DNA from: Candidatus Methanomethylophilaceae archaeon
Lineage (GTDB): Archaea; Thermoplasmatota; Thermoplasmata; Methanomassiliicoccales; Methanomethylophilaceae
Assembly (NCBI GenBank): GCA_050944155.1
Contig: JBMNQN010000013.1
Coordinates: 1 to 27,512, forward strand
Direction: 5' to 3'
Length of the DNA: 27,512 nucleotides
Below are positions 1 to 9,724 of the stretch, piece after piece. The position numbers and the translations under genes were made by a program. Under the pieces are notes generated by a model. The model was not told where the DNA came from. It saw only the letters and a list, made by a program, of their open reading frames with translations, and made no database searches. Numbering within the stretch: the stretch's first letter is position 1; each line of letters begins with the position of its first letter.

Positions 1-110
1 TCCTGCGACCATGCCCACCCGTTCTTCAGGAAATTATCCGGCAACACAGACAACGCTATAATTACAAGCGCTGCGAATACATTCACTGCAGATATTTTCC
101 AGACGGACAC
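1..110 (-). CDS. Partial (runs off window) putative membrane protein, 5' end only
   Basis: Manual translation from GTG at 110 gives (M)SVWKISAVNVFAALVIIALSVLPDNFLKNGWAWSQ..., open to the window edge with one hydrophobic segment. A GTTAATA TATA-like box lies 21 nt upstream. Not in the ORF track. Confidence 0.4.
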   Translation of the reverse strand, partial: MSVWKISAVNVFAALVIIALSVLPDNFLKNGWAWSQ

Positions 111-149
111 GGGGGTTTATAGACCGAGAGATATTAACTGTTTGGTGCA

Positions 150-1133
150 TTATCCCAGTATTCTTTTGCCGTAAGTAGGGAAATACCCTCCGAAAAGGGC
201 GTAAACCGCAACGTTGGAGGCGGAATAATTTATGCTCCCCGATACCGTACCCCTGAACGTTCCCGATTTTATATCCAAAAGCTACGAATCGTAAGTGACT
301 CCGGCGGCAACCAGAATCGAAAGATCGTAATACTGTTTGTCTCCCGGTACTCCGGCTATAACGAAAAACGTTCCCGGACCGTCCTTGACCGAGGAAATCG
401 ACGCGTGTCCGTTCTCGGCGGAGAATCCCATGGTTTTTACACCGGGATACGACGGAGAAAGCGAATATTTGGTATCAATCGATACGAAAGTCAGAGCGGA
501 ACACATGGGTTCCAAAGGAGTCGCCGCCATACACCTGTTTTCCGAAGCTCCTTCGACAAAGGGAAACAGGGTTTCCGGGGATTCTATTTTCTCGGCGGTT
601 TCTCCTTCGGAAACTGTGTACGCACCCGGAACGCCGCCCATCCAATAGACCGTGCCGCCTTTGGCCGTCCAGGTCAGAAACGGATCCGACGGATTTCCCG
701 TATAAACCGTTGAAGGCAGAGTTCCCAACGGTATCAGAATTCCTTTTCCGGTGGCGGAAGAAGCCGAAACTATCAAATCCCGTAATCCGTCCGCGCCGAC
801 CCTTTCGAAATTTCCGAATCCTCTCTGAAGAAGCTCCTTCTCCACTTTGCTTACGAAACTGTCGGCGGACTGGGCGGACGCACAGTAGGGAACGTAATCA
901 TCGTCTATGAAAATATAAAGTTCAGATACCGGAATCTCGGCTCCGTTATCTAGTGCCAGTACTCTGTATTCCGTACTTACGGAAGACTTCAGTGTGTAAT
1001 CCGCACCGTATGCGGTTGACGAACCTTCGGCATCGTACGACGCGGGGTTTCCGAAAACTACAGCGACCTCGCCTAAAAGAACAAGTGCCAGTATCGCGAC
1101 CGCAACGATTGTGAGCATATCCGGTTTTTTCAT
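150..1133 (-). CDS. Uncharacterised membrane-anchored/secreted protein; 283 aa under the standard code (282..1133), 327 aa if the in-frame TAG at 282-284 is read through
   Basis: N-terminal hydrophobic anchor (LTIVAVAILALVLLGEVAVVFG) and ATGA overlap with the upstream GT-C gene. After TAG the frame stays open for 43 codons (LLDIKSGTFRGTVSGSINYSASNVAVYALFGGYFPTYGKRILG) to TAA at 150-152. Confidence 0.75.
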
Positions 1134-2503
1134 ACCGGCTCACCTCTCGGATGTTTGCGTGAGTATTTTTTGTAAGTGACGTAATAAATCGAGTATAATC
1201 CGATAGTTTCTGCCGCCCCCAGTATGACGTTGATTACAAACTGTCTCGTAACTCCCAGCAACGGAGCGTCCAGCCAAAGAACGCCGGTCCTGAGGAAATC
1301 CGCACCGACCAGTCCGAAGTATCCGTACAGCTGGAACAGCAGGGAATAATTGTGCATAGCTATCGAATAGAGCAGGGCAGACACGGAAATGATGACGTAA
1401 GAAATTGCGTATTCTTTCCTACCCGTCGCGATAACGTAAGCCAAAAACGGAATCAGTATTACCAGATACGTCGGAGTGGGAGTCCAAAGGAATATAACCG
1501 CAGTGCAGATCATAAGCCTGAACATGTACTTAGACAGGAACTCGCTGCCTTCTTCTTTGAGTTTCAGCGTTTTATAAGCCAAGTAGAAGATTATCGAAAT
1601 CGTCAGTACCTGTACGCATAAAACGACGGCATAACCGACCGAAAGTATGGAGCTCCACATTCCTTCGCTTTCCGGTTCCGAACCTATTACATCGATGCGT
1701 GTAGTTACGAAATTGAACGTGTCGACAAACGAACCGGTCAAAATATGAGGCAGAAATATCAGAACAAACATCAGAACGAATCCCAGAATAGCAGCTAAAA
1801 CGGATTCGTTACGTTTTTTGGATTCTTTTTCCTGTTTGATGATGAGAACCAAAAAAATAGGAAGCAAATACGCTGGAAAGAATTTAGTAAAAACCGCAAC
1901 CGAATATACCGCACCACCGAGGAAATATCTGCGCCTCAGCAGAAGGAACAGCGTGAGTACCGTGGTAAGAGCGGAAAATACATCGAACATTGCATGTACC
2001 GCCGTAGTGTAAATAACGATGGGGCACAGAAACCACAGAGCAAAAGCCAGAGATGCTTTCCTGGAATCGTCGGTGTGTTCCTTCACCATGGCATAGATTA
2101 AACAGCCCGTAATAAAATCAAAAACCGTCAGTACCGATTTTACGAGAATCGTATAGGCGGGGGAACACATAACCGCCCTGAGATACTCCCAATCGATGTC
2201 TTCGACGAAAAGAAGAGGAGGAAACAGCCGACCGAACTCGGCTATACCCAGTACCTCCGCGGCTGCGCCTATGACGGCCAAAAGATACCCCCATACGGGT
2301 GTGTAATAATATCCGGGAAGTCCGTAAAGTCCGTTTCCCGATCTGAGATGTTGCGTTACCAAAGCCCAGTGATAAACGTCGTAGGAATAAGTGAAAAGAG
2401 GAATCAGAACTGCTCTTATGATAAGTCCGACTGCAGCTATAATCAAAAAAGGATGTTTGGACACAGAATCCTTTATGCGGACATATCCATCGGAAACATT
2501 CAC
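1130..2503 (-). CDS. Multi-pass membrane glycosyltransferase, GT-C superfamily (GT87/PIG-M-like)
   Basis: 457 aa with many TM segments. First-loop acidic motif (YSYDVYHW...YYYTPVW) and TKFFP motif typical of polyprenyl-phosphate-sugar-dependent GT-C enzymes. GTG start. Confidence 0.75.
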   Translation of the reverse strand: MNVSDGYVRIKDSVSKHPFLIIAAVGLIIRAVLIPLFTYSYDVYHWALVTQHLRSGNGLYGLPGYYYTPVWGYLLAVIGAAAEVLGIAEFGRLFPPLLFVEDIDWEYLRAVMCSPAYTILVKSVLTVFDFITGCLIYAMVKEHTDDSRKASLAFALWFLCPIVIYTTAVHAMFDVFSALTTVLTLFLLLRRRYFLGGAVYSVAVFTKFFPAYLLPIFLVLIIKQEKESKKRNESVLAAILGFVLMFVLIFLPHILTGSFVDTFNFVTTRIDVIGSEPESEGMWSSILSVGYAVVLCVQVLTISIIFYLAYKTLKLKEEGSEFLSKYMFRLMICTAVIFLWTPTPTYLVILIPFLAYVIATGRKEYAISYVIISVSALLYSIAMHNYSLLFQLYGYFGLVGADFLRTGVLWLDAPLLGVTRQFVINVILGAAETIGLYSIYYVTYKKYSRKHPRGEPV

Positions 2504-2525
2504 GCGCGTCAGATGTGTTCCCGTC

Positions 2526-2532
2526 TATTAAC
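2526..2532 (-). promoter_or_regulatory. Putative archaeal TATA box for the GT-C gene
   Basis: GTTAATA on the minus strand, 22 nt upstream of the GTG start, in a divergent intergenic gap. Confidence 0.4.
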
Positions 2533-2594
2533 AGTTACTAGTTTTACCGGGTGCCGATACCAAAGTTATCTATTATATCGGCGATACGAGTGAT

Positions 2595-3737
2595 ATGAAA
2601 ATAGCCATGCTCACCGACAGCTACTACCCCACCAGAGACGGGGTCGTCACGTCGGTGACCACGCTCAGAACGTCTTTGGAAAAAATGGGACACGAGGTCT
2701 GGGTAATCGCACCCGACCCCGGGAAAAAACTTCGTACCAACGACGGGAGAGTGATATGGATCCGGGCCGTGGAATTCAGAAGCTACGAAGGATATTACGT
2801 TCCCATGCTTCCCGCACTGGATTCCGAAAACATAAGAAAACACGATTTCGATATCCTGCATATACACGGGGTGGCGACAATGGCCGTGCGCGGAATACTT
2901 CTGGCACACGCTCTCGAACTGCCCAAAATCATGACTTTTCACACCATGGTCGACGAGGTCGCCGAACGCTATTCGCCGATAAAAATTCCGGACAAATACA
3001 TGAGAAGACTGGTCTGGATATATCTCAGAAAAATACTCAAAAGAATGGATGCCGTCGTCGTTCCCACGGATGCAATCGGGAAAGAACTGGAAGGACATAC
3101 CGATGAAATCAGAATGCTGAGGACGATTCCCACCGGAATCGACGCGGGACTTTTCCGTCCGGGGTTGGACGGAACAGCTTTCAGGGAAAGATACGGCATC
3201 GGGAACTGCAGAATGGTCATTCACGTGGGTCGCATATCTTTCGAAAAAGAAATCGGCATGGCCATACGGGCAATGAAAGACATAGACGCAAAACTCGTAA
3301 TCGTGGGGAAAGGTCCCCAAGCCGAAGAACTGAAAACGTTAACTAAGGATCTGGGTCTTTGCGATAAAGTGATTTTTACCGGATTTATTCCGAACAAAGA
3401 GCTGCCCGAAGCCTACGCGGCCGCGGACGCGGCAGTATCATGCTCGCGGTTCGAAACCCAGGGGCTGTCGATTCTGGAAGCGATGTCTTCCGGTCTTCCG
3501 TGCGCCTGCAGAAACGCGCGTGCGTTTACCAGCATCGTAAAAGACGGGGAAAACGGATTTCTTTTCGACGGGGAAGAAGACTGCAGAGAAGCGATCGAAA
3601 AATGTCTGTCCGCCGGAGAGAAAATAAAAAGAGCCTCCCGCGAAACGGCACTTTCCAACTCCGACGAGGCGTCCGCTTTAAAAATGGCCGCACTTTACGA
3701 GGAAGTCATCGCATTAAAGAAAGAAAGGAGAAACTGA
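2595..3737 (+). CDS. Glycosyltransferase family 4 (GT-B; 1,2-diacylglycerol glucosyltransferase-like)
   Basis: MKIAMLTDSYYPTRDGV N-terminus, GRISFEK, and the E-x7-E motif ETQGLSILE. Confidence 0.9.
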   Translation: MKIAMLTDSYYPTRDGVVTSVTTLRTSLEKMGHEVWVIAPDPGKKLRTNDGRVIWIRAVEFRSYEGYYVPMLPALDSENIRKHDFDILHIHGVATMAVRGILLAHALELPKIMTFHTMVDEVAERYSPIKIPDKYMRRLVWIYLRKILKRMDAVVVPTDAIGKELEGHTDEIRMLRTIPTGIDAGLFRPGLDGTAFRERYGIGNCRMVIHVGRISFEKEIGMAIRAMKDIDAKLVIVGKGPQAEELKTLTKDLGLCDKVIFTGFIPNKELPEAYAAADAAVSCSRFETQGLSILEAMSSGLPCACRNARAFTSIVKDGENGFLFDGEEDCREAIEKCLSAGEKIKRASRETALSNSDEASALKMAALYEEVIALKKERRN

Positions 3738-4322
3738 ATGGGACTCAGCGAATGGATGTACGGGCTGCTCGGGGACCAGGGAGAACTCGGAGTAATAGTA
3801 TTCGTTTTTCTTATCTTCTTCATAGATGCCCTGATATTTCCCACGCTTCCGGAAGTTTTCTTCATTCTCGGCTATATGTACAAACCGAACAACCTGGTAT
3901 TCGGAGCAGAACTGCTCGTGACGGCCTCCATAGGGGAGATAGCCGGAATCTTCCTGCTCTATCTCATCGTGAAAAAAATCCGCCTTCCGGAAAAAATAAA
4001 ACGGGTCGCGGACAAATATATCGATTTTCTGATGGTCAGCGATGAAAAAGTATTCCTTGTCAACCGCTTCGCGCCTATGATTCCTTTTGCGGGCGCGTTT
4101 ATTTCGCTTGTTGACAGGTGGAGTCTCAAAAAATGCATGTTCTACATTATCATCGGGTGTTACATCAAATACGGAATCATACTGATGTTCAGCGACTTCT
4201 TCTTCACCTTCTTCGATTCGGGAACCGCTGAGACTTTTACGATAATCATGGTTTTGACGGTGATGGCTATTAGTTTCGTTCTGTCATTCCGCAAGAAAAA
4301 GAGAGAGGGACTGAGTTCATGA
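3738..4322 (+). CDS. DedA/VTT-family membrane protein
   Basis: 194 aa, hydrophobic, with DALIFPTLPE and RFAPMIPF re-entrant-helix-like motifs characteristic of DedA. Translationally coupled to both neighbours. Confidence 0.7.
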   Translation: MGLSEWMYGLLGDQGELGVIVFVFLIFFIDALIFPTLPEVFFILGYMYKPNNLVFGAELLVTASIGEIAGIFLLYLIVKKIRLPEKIKRVADKYIDFLMVSDEKVFLVNRFAPMIPFAGAFISLVDRWSLKKCMFYIIIGCYIKYGIILMFSDFFFTFFDSGTAETFTIIMVLTVMAISFVLSFRKKKREGLSS

Positions 4323-5398
4323 AAATAGTAGATGTAAATCCATTCTTCTATCCGTATAAAGGCGGAATAGAACGCCGCATGCACGATACGTCCAAGCTGC
4401 TGGCACAGCGCGGGCATGACGTTACCGTCCTGACCGGCAGGCTTCCGGGCACGGAATCCGAAGAGATTACGGAAGACGGATACCGCATCATCCGTCTGGA
4501 ATCCAGACTTGTCAACGTCTACAACCCGCCGTTCATTTCTTCGAAAAACGTTCTCGAAACGCTGAAGTCCCTGGATGCGGACGTCGTGAACTACAACTAC
4601 CGCTGGGCTCCTTCGTACAACAAAGATCTTGCCAAATACGACGGAAGAAAAATTTTCACGTACCACAACATGTGGGGCGAAGGCATAGGATGGCAGGCCA
4701 AACTGTCGGAAATCAACGACAACAGGTTCAGGAAAACCCTATGCACGTTTGAACGCATCGTGTGCGTCAGCAATTTCGTAAGAAACGATCTGATTTCCAG
4801 GGGAATACCAAAAGAAAAAACGGTGACCGTTCCTTCGTGTCTCACGTCTTTTCCGGAAACGACCGACAAGGAAGAAGATTTCATCCTGTCGCTGGGAAGA
4901 CTTGTAAAAACCAAAGGCCTAAAATATTTAGTAAAAGCGATGGAAAACGTAAACGGGAAGCTGATAATCTGCGGAAAGGGTCCCGAAGAAAAAAATCTGA
5001 AAAAACAGATTTCGAAACTCGGTCTGGAAGATAAGATAGAAATGCGCGGGTATGTGAGCGAAGAGGAAAAAGCCGAACTGATGAGTACGTGTAAATTCTT
5101 CGCCATGCCTTCGCTTTTCGAATCGCTGGGTCTTGCCGCGATAGAGCTTATGTCTTACGGAAGGCCCATAATCTGCACAGACGTGAACGGACTTCCCGAT
5201 ACCGTCGGAGACGCCGGCATCATTGTTCCGCCCAAGGATTCTGATTCGCTGGCACGTGCCATGAACTCCCTGCTGGAAAACGATTCGGAAAGAAAATCCA
5301 TGGGTCTTAAGGCGAGAACCCAGGCCGAAACCTACGACTGGAAATATCACATCGAAAAATTGGAAAACATTCTGTCCGGAAAAGACAAGTTAGAATGA
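4319..5398 (+). CDS. Glycosyltransferase family 4
   Basis: MKI...FYPYKGGIE, GHDVTV, GRLVKTKG, ESLGLAAIE (E-x7-E). ATGA overlap with the DedA gene. Confidence 0.9.
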   Translation: MKIVDVNPFFYPYKGGIERRMHDTSKLLAQRGHDVTVLTGRLPGTESEEITEDGYRIIRLESRLVNVYNPPFISSKNVLETLKSLDADVVNYNYRWAPSYNKDLAKYDGRKIFTYHNMWGEGIGWQAKLSEINDNRFRKTLCTFERIVCVSNFVRNDLISRGIPKEKTVTVPSCLTSFPETTDKEEDFILSLGRLVKTKGLKYLVKAMENVNGKLIICGKGPEEKNLKKQISKLGLEDKIEMRGYVSEEEKAELMSTCKFFAMPSLFESLGLAAIELMSYGRPIICTDVNGLPDTVGDAGIIVPPKDSDSLARAMNSLLENDSERKSMGLKARTQAETYDWKYHIEKLENILSGKDKLE

Positions 5399-5414
5399 CC
5401 CAGAAGGAAAAGAG

Positions 5415-6977
5415 ATGGAAGAAACAAAACCGAAAGAGGATCTTTCCAAGAGATTTTTACCCAATGCCGCAATGAACATTCTGTCCCTTGCCGTAACGGG
5501 AATCATCGGGCTTCTGATGGTTCCGTATTACATCGATTCTCTGGGCATAGCCGCATACGGAATCGTGCCCGTCGCACTGTCGATGACTGGATATGTGACT
5601 ATAGTCGCAGACTCCATTGTCAATGCCACATACCGGTATCTTGTCATTTCCATTCAGAAAGGAGACTACGAAGATGCGAACCGTACCTACAGCACCGCCG
5701 TATACGGTCTTCTTCTGATTGTGGCCGCAGCGGTTCCGATTACGGCTCTGTTTTCCTATATGACCCCGGAACTCCTGGACATAACCGGCAACGACGCCCG
5801 TTCTGTCAGAATACTGTTCATATGTATCCTGGGTTCGGTTCTGACAACCGTCTGGAGCAACGTGTTCGCGGTTGTGCTTATGGCCAACAACCGCATGGAT
5901 CTTCAGAGTCTGACCCGCATTGTGCAGTCGGTATCCCAGGTTGTTCTGATTATCATCCTGTTCACCGCATTTTACCCGTCGGTCGTCGGAATCGGAATAT
6001 CGTATCTTCTGATTGCGCTTGCCACGATGGGCCTGTACCACACCTTTTCCAGGAGAATTTCTCCGGAACTCAGATCGTCGCGCAAAGATTTCTCCGCCGG
6101 CAGGTTCAGAGAAATAGCCAGAGTCAGCGGATGGAACCTTGTGACAACCATCGGAAATCTTCTTTTCGTACAGATGTCGCTAATTTTGACAAACGTATTT
6201 TTCGGTTCGGCGGCAGGGGGAGAGTTTTCCCTGGTGGTGTCGATAATTTCGATAATCGTTGCTTTGGGAACCGCGGTTACAAACGCTTTCTCTCCGATAA
6301 TCTACAACAGATTTGCCTTAGGATCCCTGAAAGATATGACGGACATTGCCCGTTCGGCCGTGAAGGTCGTGGGAATATTCATGGCACCCGTCTTGGCTTT
6401 CGTATGCGTGTTTTCCCCTCAGGCCCTTACGATATGGGTGGGCGGGGAGTTCTCGCATCTCAGCAGAATATTCTGGATTATGATGATTTTTATGGTGGGA
6501 TTCGAAGCGGTCGCACCGTTAAACACGATATCGCTGGCACATCTGAAAATCAAAATTCCGGCCGTCATGACCGTAGTCTTCGGAATTCTGAATATCGTTC
6601 TCGCATACGTCTTTTTCCGCATGGGATACGGATTGGAAGGAGTGGCCGGAGCATGGGCGGTTTCCATGTTCGTCAAAAACTGCGTATTCTATCCGTGGTA
6701 TCACGCAAAAATATGCGGATTGAAAAGCTATGCTTTCCATAAACCTCTGGTTTACGGTTTTGCCGGTTTTGCGGTTTCCGCCGCAGCCTTTTACGTGCTG
6801 AACAGTTTAGCAGACATACCCGCAAACCTTGCCGTGCTGGCCGTTCTGTTCGTTGTTCTGGTATCTGTTTATTCTCTGATTGCCGTCAAATATTCCCTGA
6901 GCGACAGAGAAAAATCACTGGTGAAATCCTGTATTCCGGAAAAAATATCCAATAAAATACCGGAATGGCTGCTGTGA
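5415..6977 (+). CDS. Wzx/MOP-superfamily oligosaccharide flippase
   Basis: 520 aa with about 14 hydrophobic segments. PYYIDSLGIAAYG is a typical flippase N-terminal signature. Lies in a GT operon. Confidence 0.85.
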   Translation: MEETKPKEDLSKRFLPNAAMNILSLAVTGIIGLLMVPYYIDSLGIAAYGIVPVALSMTGYVTIVADSIVNATYRYLVISIQKGDYEDANRTYSTAVYGLLLIVAAAVPITALFSYMTPELLDITGNDARSVRILFICILGSVLTTVWSNVFAVVLMANNRMDLQSLTRIVQSVSQVVLIIILFTAFYPSVVGIGISYLLIALATMGLYHTFSRRISPELRSSRKDFSAGRFREIARVSGWNLVTTIGNLLFVQMSLILTNVFFGSAAGGEFSLVVSIISIIVALGTAVTNAFSPIIYNRFALGSLKDMTDIARSAVKVVGIFMAPVLAFVCVFSPQALTIWVGGEFSHLSRIFWIMMIFMVGFEAVAPLNTISLAHLKIKIPAVMTVVFGILNIVLAYVFFRMGYGLEGVAGAWAVSMFVKNCVFYPWYHAKICGLKSYAFHKPLVYGFAGFAVSAAAFYVLNSLADIPANLAVLAVLFVVLVSVYSLIAVKYSLSDREKSLVKSCIPEKISNKIPEWLL

Positions 6978-7043
6978 CTGCAGAACCGTACCGATAATGA
7001 GGGTAAACAAACGTTTAAGAAACCTTCGTTAATACATTGACAC

Positions 7044-8339
7044 ATGGGGTTCGCTTTCGGAATTTCCGAAAAACTGAAAAATATCAAAGAGAAAATCGCA
7101 GCGAAAGCATCCTCGGATCCCATGAGATTTCTGTTTTACACCGTATGTCTCGTGTGCGTTACCCTTGTTACGATACTCCGCTTGCTCACGAGGGGGTGTA
7201 CGCTTGATGCCGTTCTTTTCAGCGACAGAGAGTATTTCTTTACGGATTATTTCGACAGCGTATTTTACAGTCTGAACGGACCCTACCAAAATTATAACGT
7301 GATATATCCCGCATTGATCACTCTCGTTTACGAAGGAATAGGCATAATCCTGGAATACTTCAGCGGCGAATTCCAGAACAGTTTCGAAATAAGAGATTCG
7401 GTGCCGGGCTATGCATCGTATGTTATTTCGGTTATCATCGGTCTGATAATACTGTACGCTATTATCAGCAAAAGCAGCAAACTCTCCAAGACGGCCACTT
7501 ATCTTTCTTTTGCCGTTTTTGCCACATCGTATCCGATGCTTTACTGCCTGGATCGCGGGAACAGTATGCTGTTTTCCGTCCTGTTTATTGCCCTTTTTGT
7601 AATGCTTTATGACTCCGAAAACAAAAAACACAGATATCTTTCCTATATTTTCCTGGGCCTGGCAACGGCGACAAAAATCTATCCGATTCTTTTCGGGACT
7701 TTGGTTCTGAAGAGGACGCTTGAAGAAAAAAATTATCCGGAATTGATCGGATGCATTGCCATATGTTCGGCGCTTCTGTTTCTGCCGTTTCCGCTTACCG
7801 ACGGTTCGTTTATGGACATGTTTCATAATGCCTTCGGCTACAGCAGCAGTACCGAGGCCTACTACGGACGGGTAAACATCGTAGCCCTGATTACCGGCAC
7901 CGCGGAAATGCTCGAAGCAGAGAATTTCAGCCATTATACATTGCTTTCCGCGATATCTTACGCTTTCATGATTGTCGTCCTGATTGCGGCTTTATTGGAC
8001 AGAAAAGCTCCCGCATGGCAGACGGTATGTCTGCTTGCCGGAACTCAGGTACTGTGCGCCGGACTTGGGACGGAGTACCTGCTTCTTTACATGATAATAC
8101 CCGCCTGGTACTTCATCAATTCAGAAATCGAAAATACACGGAAGAACATGATATACTGCCTTCTGTTCATAGGAATTCTCATCTCCATCCCGGGAAGCAA
8201 GGGAATAGGGAATACATTCACTTTTGTCAAGGGCATACTTACCCTGATTATTACGATTCTGATACTGTCGGAAAGTTATTCCCGCCTGAAGGAAGAATAC
8301 GGAAATAAAAAAGAAAGCGGCGCGGAATACGCCGCATAA
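7044..8339 (+). CDS. GT87/DUF2029-like membrane glycosyltransferase (GT-C)
   Basis: 431 aa multi-pass protein with motifs FTDYF, YPAL, LDRGN and ATKIYP typical of GT87. TTTAAG box 24 nt upstream. Confidence 0.75.
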   Translation: MGFAFGISEKLKNIKEKIAAKASSDPMRFLFYTVCLVCVTLVTILRLLTRGCTLDAVLFSDREYFFTDYFDSVFYSLNGPYQNYNVIYPALITLVYEGIGIILEYFSGEFQNSFEIRDSVPGYASYVISVIIGLIILYAIISKSSKLSKTATYLSFAVFATSYPMLYCLDRGNSMLFSVLFIALFVMLYDSENKKHRYLSYIFLGLATATKIYPILFGTLVLKRTLEEKNYPELIGCIAICSALLFLPFPLTDGSFMDMFHNAFGYSSSTEAYYGRVNIVALITGTAEMLEAENFSHYTLLSAISYAFMIVVLIAALLDRKAPAWQTVCLLAGTQVLCAGLGTEYLLLYMIIPAWYFINSEIENTRKNMIYCLLFIGILISIPGSKGIGNTFTFVKGILTLIITILILSESYSRLKEEYGNKKESGAEYAA

Positions 8340-8343
8340 ATGT

Positions 8344-9267
8344 TTAATTCACGTAGTCAAGCCATTTCTCGTATTTGAGATCCTGACCGGTAACGACTTC
8401 GTGGAACTTTTTACCGATCTTTTTGGCCGTTTCGCCGATTTTGCCGTTTCCTACGGCTCTTCCGTCTACGGTCGTAACGGGCGCGACTTCCGCCGCGGTT
8501 CCGGTCATCCAGACTTCGTCGGCGGTTATCAGCTGGGTCCTTGAAATCGTAGTCTCTTCGACTGTGTATCCCATGTCCCTGGCAACTTCGATTATGGAGT
8601 TCCTTGTGATTCCTTCGAGAATGCTTTCTGACGGGAGGGGGGTCATTATCTTTCCTTCCCTGTAGATGAAAATGTTCTCTCCAGTGCATTCGGCTACGTG
8701 TCCGTTGGAGTTGAGCATGAGCGCTTCGTTGGCACCCTGGCGTATCGCCTCTCTTTTTGCAAGACACGACGTAACGTAAGCGCCGTTGACTTTCGCGCCT
8801 GCTGGCCCGCACAGATTATCGGGCCTGTGCCAGGACGACGTAATGAGTTTCATTCCGTTGTCGCTTTCTCCCAGATAGTTGCCCATGAAAACTGCGGTTA
8901 TGGCCATGCTTGCGGGAACGTTTACTGGGTTGAGTCCCACCTCTTCGCCGCTCAGGAATATGCAGGGTTTGACGTAATCCACTTTTTTATTGACTCTGAC
9001 GGTTTCGATTATCGCATCGTATATTTCCTTCTCGCCGTACTCTTTTCCGCCGAAAACCATGTCGAAACCCATGACTTTGCATCCGCCGACCATTCTGCGG
9101 ACGTGATCTTTAAGTCTGAACACCGACGGTCCCTTCGGCGTGTCGTAGACGCGTATCCCTTCGAACACTCCGGTTCCGTAGTTCAGCGCATGAGACATTA
9201 CATGAACTTTCGCATCTTCCCACTTAACCATCTTTCCGTTAAGCCAAATAAACTCGTTCTTTTCCAT
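8344..9267 (-). CDS. ilvE: Branched-chain amino acid aminotransferase (class IV PLP)
   Basis: HALNYGTGVFEGIR, AKVNGAY (PLP lysine), ECTGENIF, ILEGITR, TGTAAEVAPV. Confidence 0.95.
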   Translation of the reverse strand: MEKNEFIWLNGKMVKWEDAKVHVMSHALNYGTGVFEGIRVYDTPKGPSVFRLKDHVRRMVGGCKVMGFDMVFGGKEYGEKEIYDAIIETVRVNKKVDYVKPCIFLSGEEVGLNPVNVPASMAITAVFMGNYLGESDNGMKLITSSWHRPDNLCGPAGAKVNGAYVTSCLAKREAIRQGANEALMLNSNGHVAECTGENIFIYREGKIMTPLPSESILEGITRNSIIEVARDMGYTVEETTISRTQLITADEVWMTGTAAEVAPVTTVDGRAVGNGKIGETAKKIGKKFHEVVTGQDLKYEKWLDYVN

Positions 9268-9290
9268 ATGCGCTCATCTCGATGGAACGT

Positions 9291-9653
9291 TCACAGTGCG
9301 TTCAGAGCCGCTACGTACTTTTTGGGTTCGCTCATGTCGATAATTTCGTCGACCTGACTGGAACTGCCGAACACGCCGACATTTCCCTTAGCCGTACCCA
9401 AAAGAGCGAATGCATACTGCCCATCCTCCGGAACCAGTTCCGAATGGTAAATATCCTGAAGCTTGTCGAGTTTGCCCAGAGCGGTTTTTGCGTCCGCTTC
9501 CGACACTACGGAGAGAACCATACGGGATTTTCCGGGGTGTTCGCACTTTCCGACGACGATCGTTTCGACGTTGATTTTGTTGCGCGTGAATTCTCCCATG
9601 ACTCTCTGCATGACTCCGAACTCGTTTTTTACCAACAGCGATATTACGTACAT
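9291..9653 (-). CDS. ACT-domain protein resembling the acetolactate synthase regulatory subunit (IlvN/IlvH-like)
   Basis: ISLLVKNEFGVMQRVMGEFTRNKINVETIVV...SRMVL matches the IlvH ACT pattern. Co-oriented directly upstream of ilvE. Confidence 0.75.
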   Translation of the reverse strand: MYVISLLVKNEFGVMQRVMGEFTRNKINVETIVVGKCEHPGKSRMVLSVVSEADAKTALGKLDKLQDIYHSELVPEDGQYAFALLGTAKGNVGVFGSSSQVDEIIDMSEPKKYVAALNAL

Positions 9654-9724
9654 AGCTCACGCTCCGCCCGCGTAATAAACGTGCGTATATATGATATAGT
9701 CGTTTATATGATGGGGACGTCGGA

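Noticed and set aside
34-150. ATG overlapping the TAA at 150-152 (TAATG), which looked like translational coupling supporting the readthrough
   Set aside because: That frame closes after 38 codons with no recognisable features. The GTG-110 frame is more protein-like, so this overlap was not used as evidence.
230-281. PYLIS-like hairpin downstream of the TAG
   Set aside because: Only weak A/T pairing is visible by eye, and such an element is not required for Pyl insertion.
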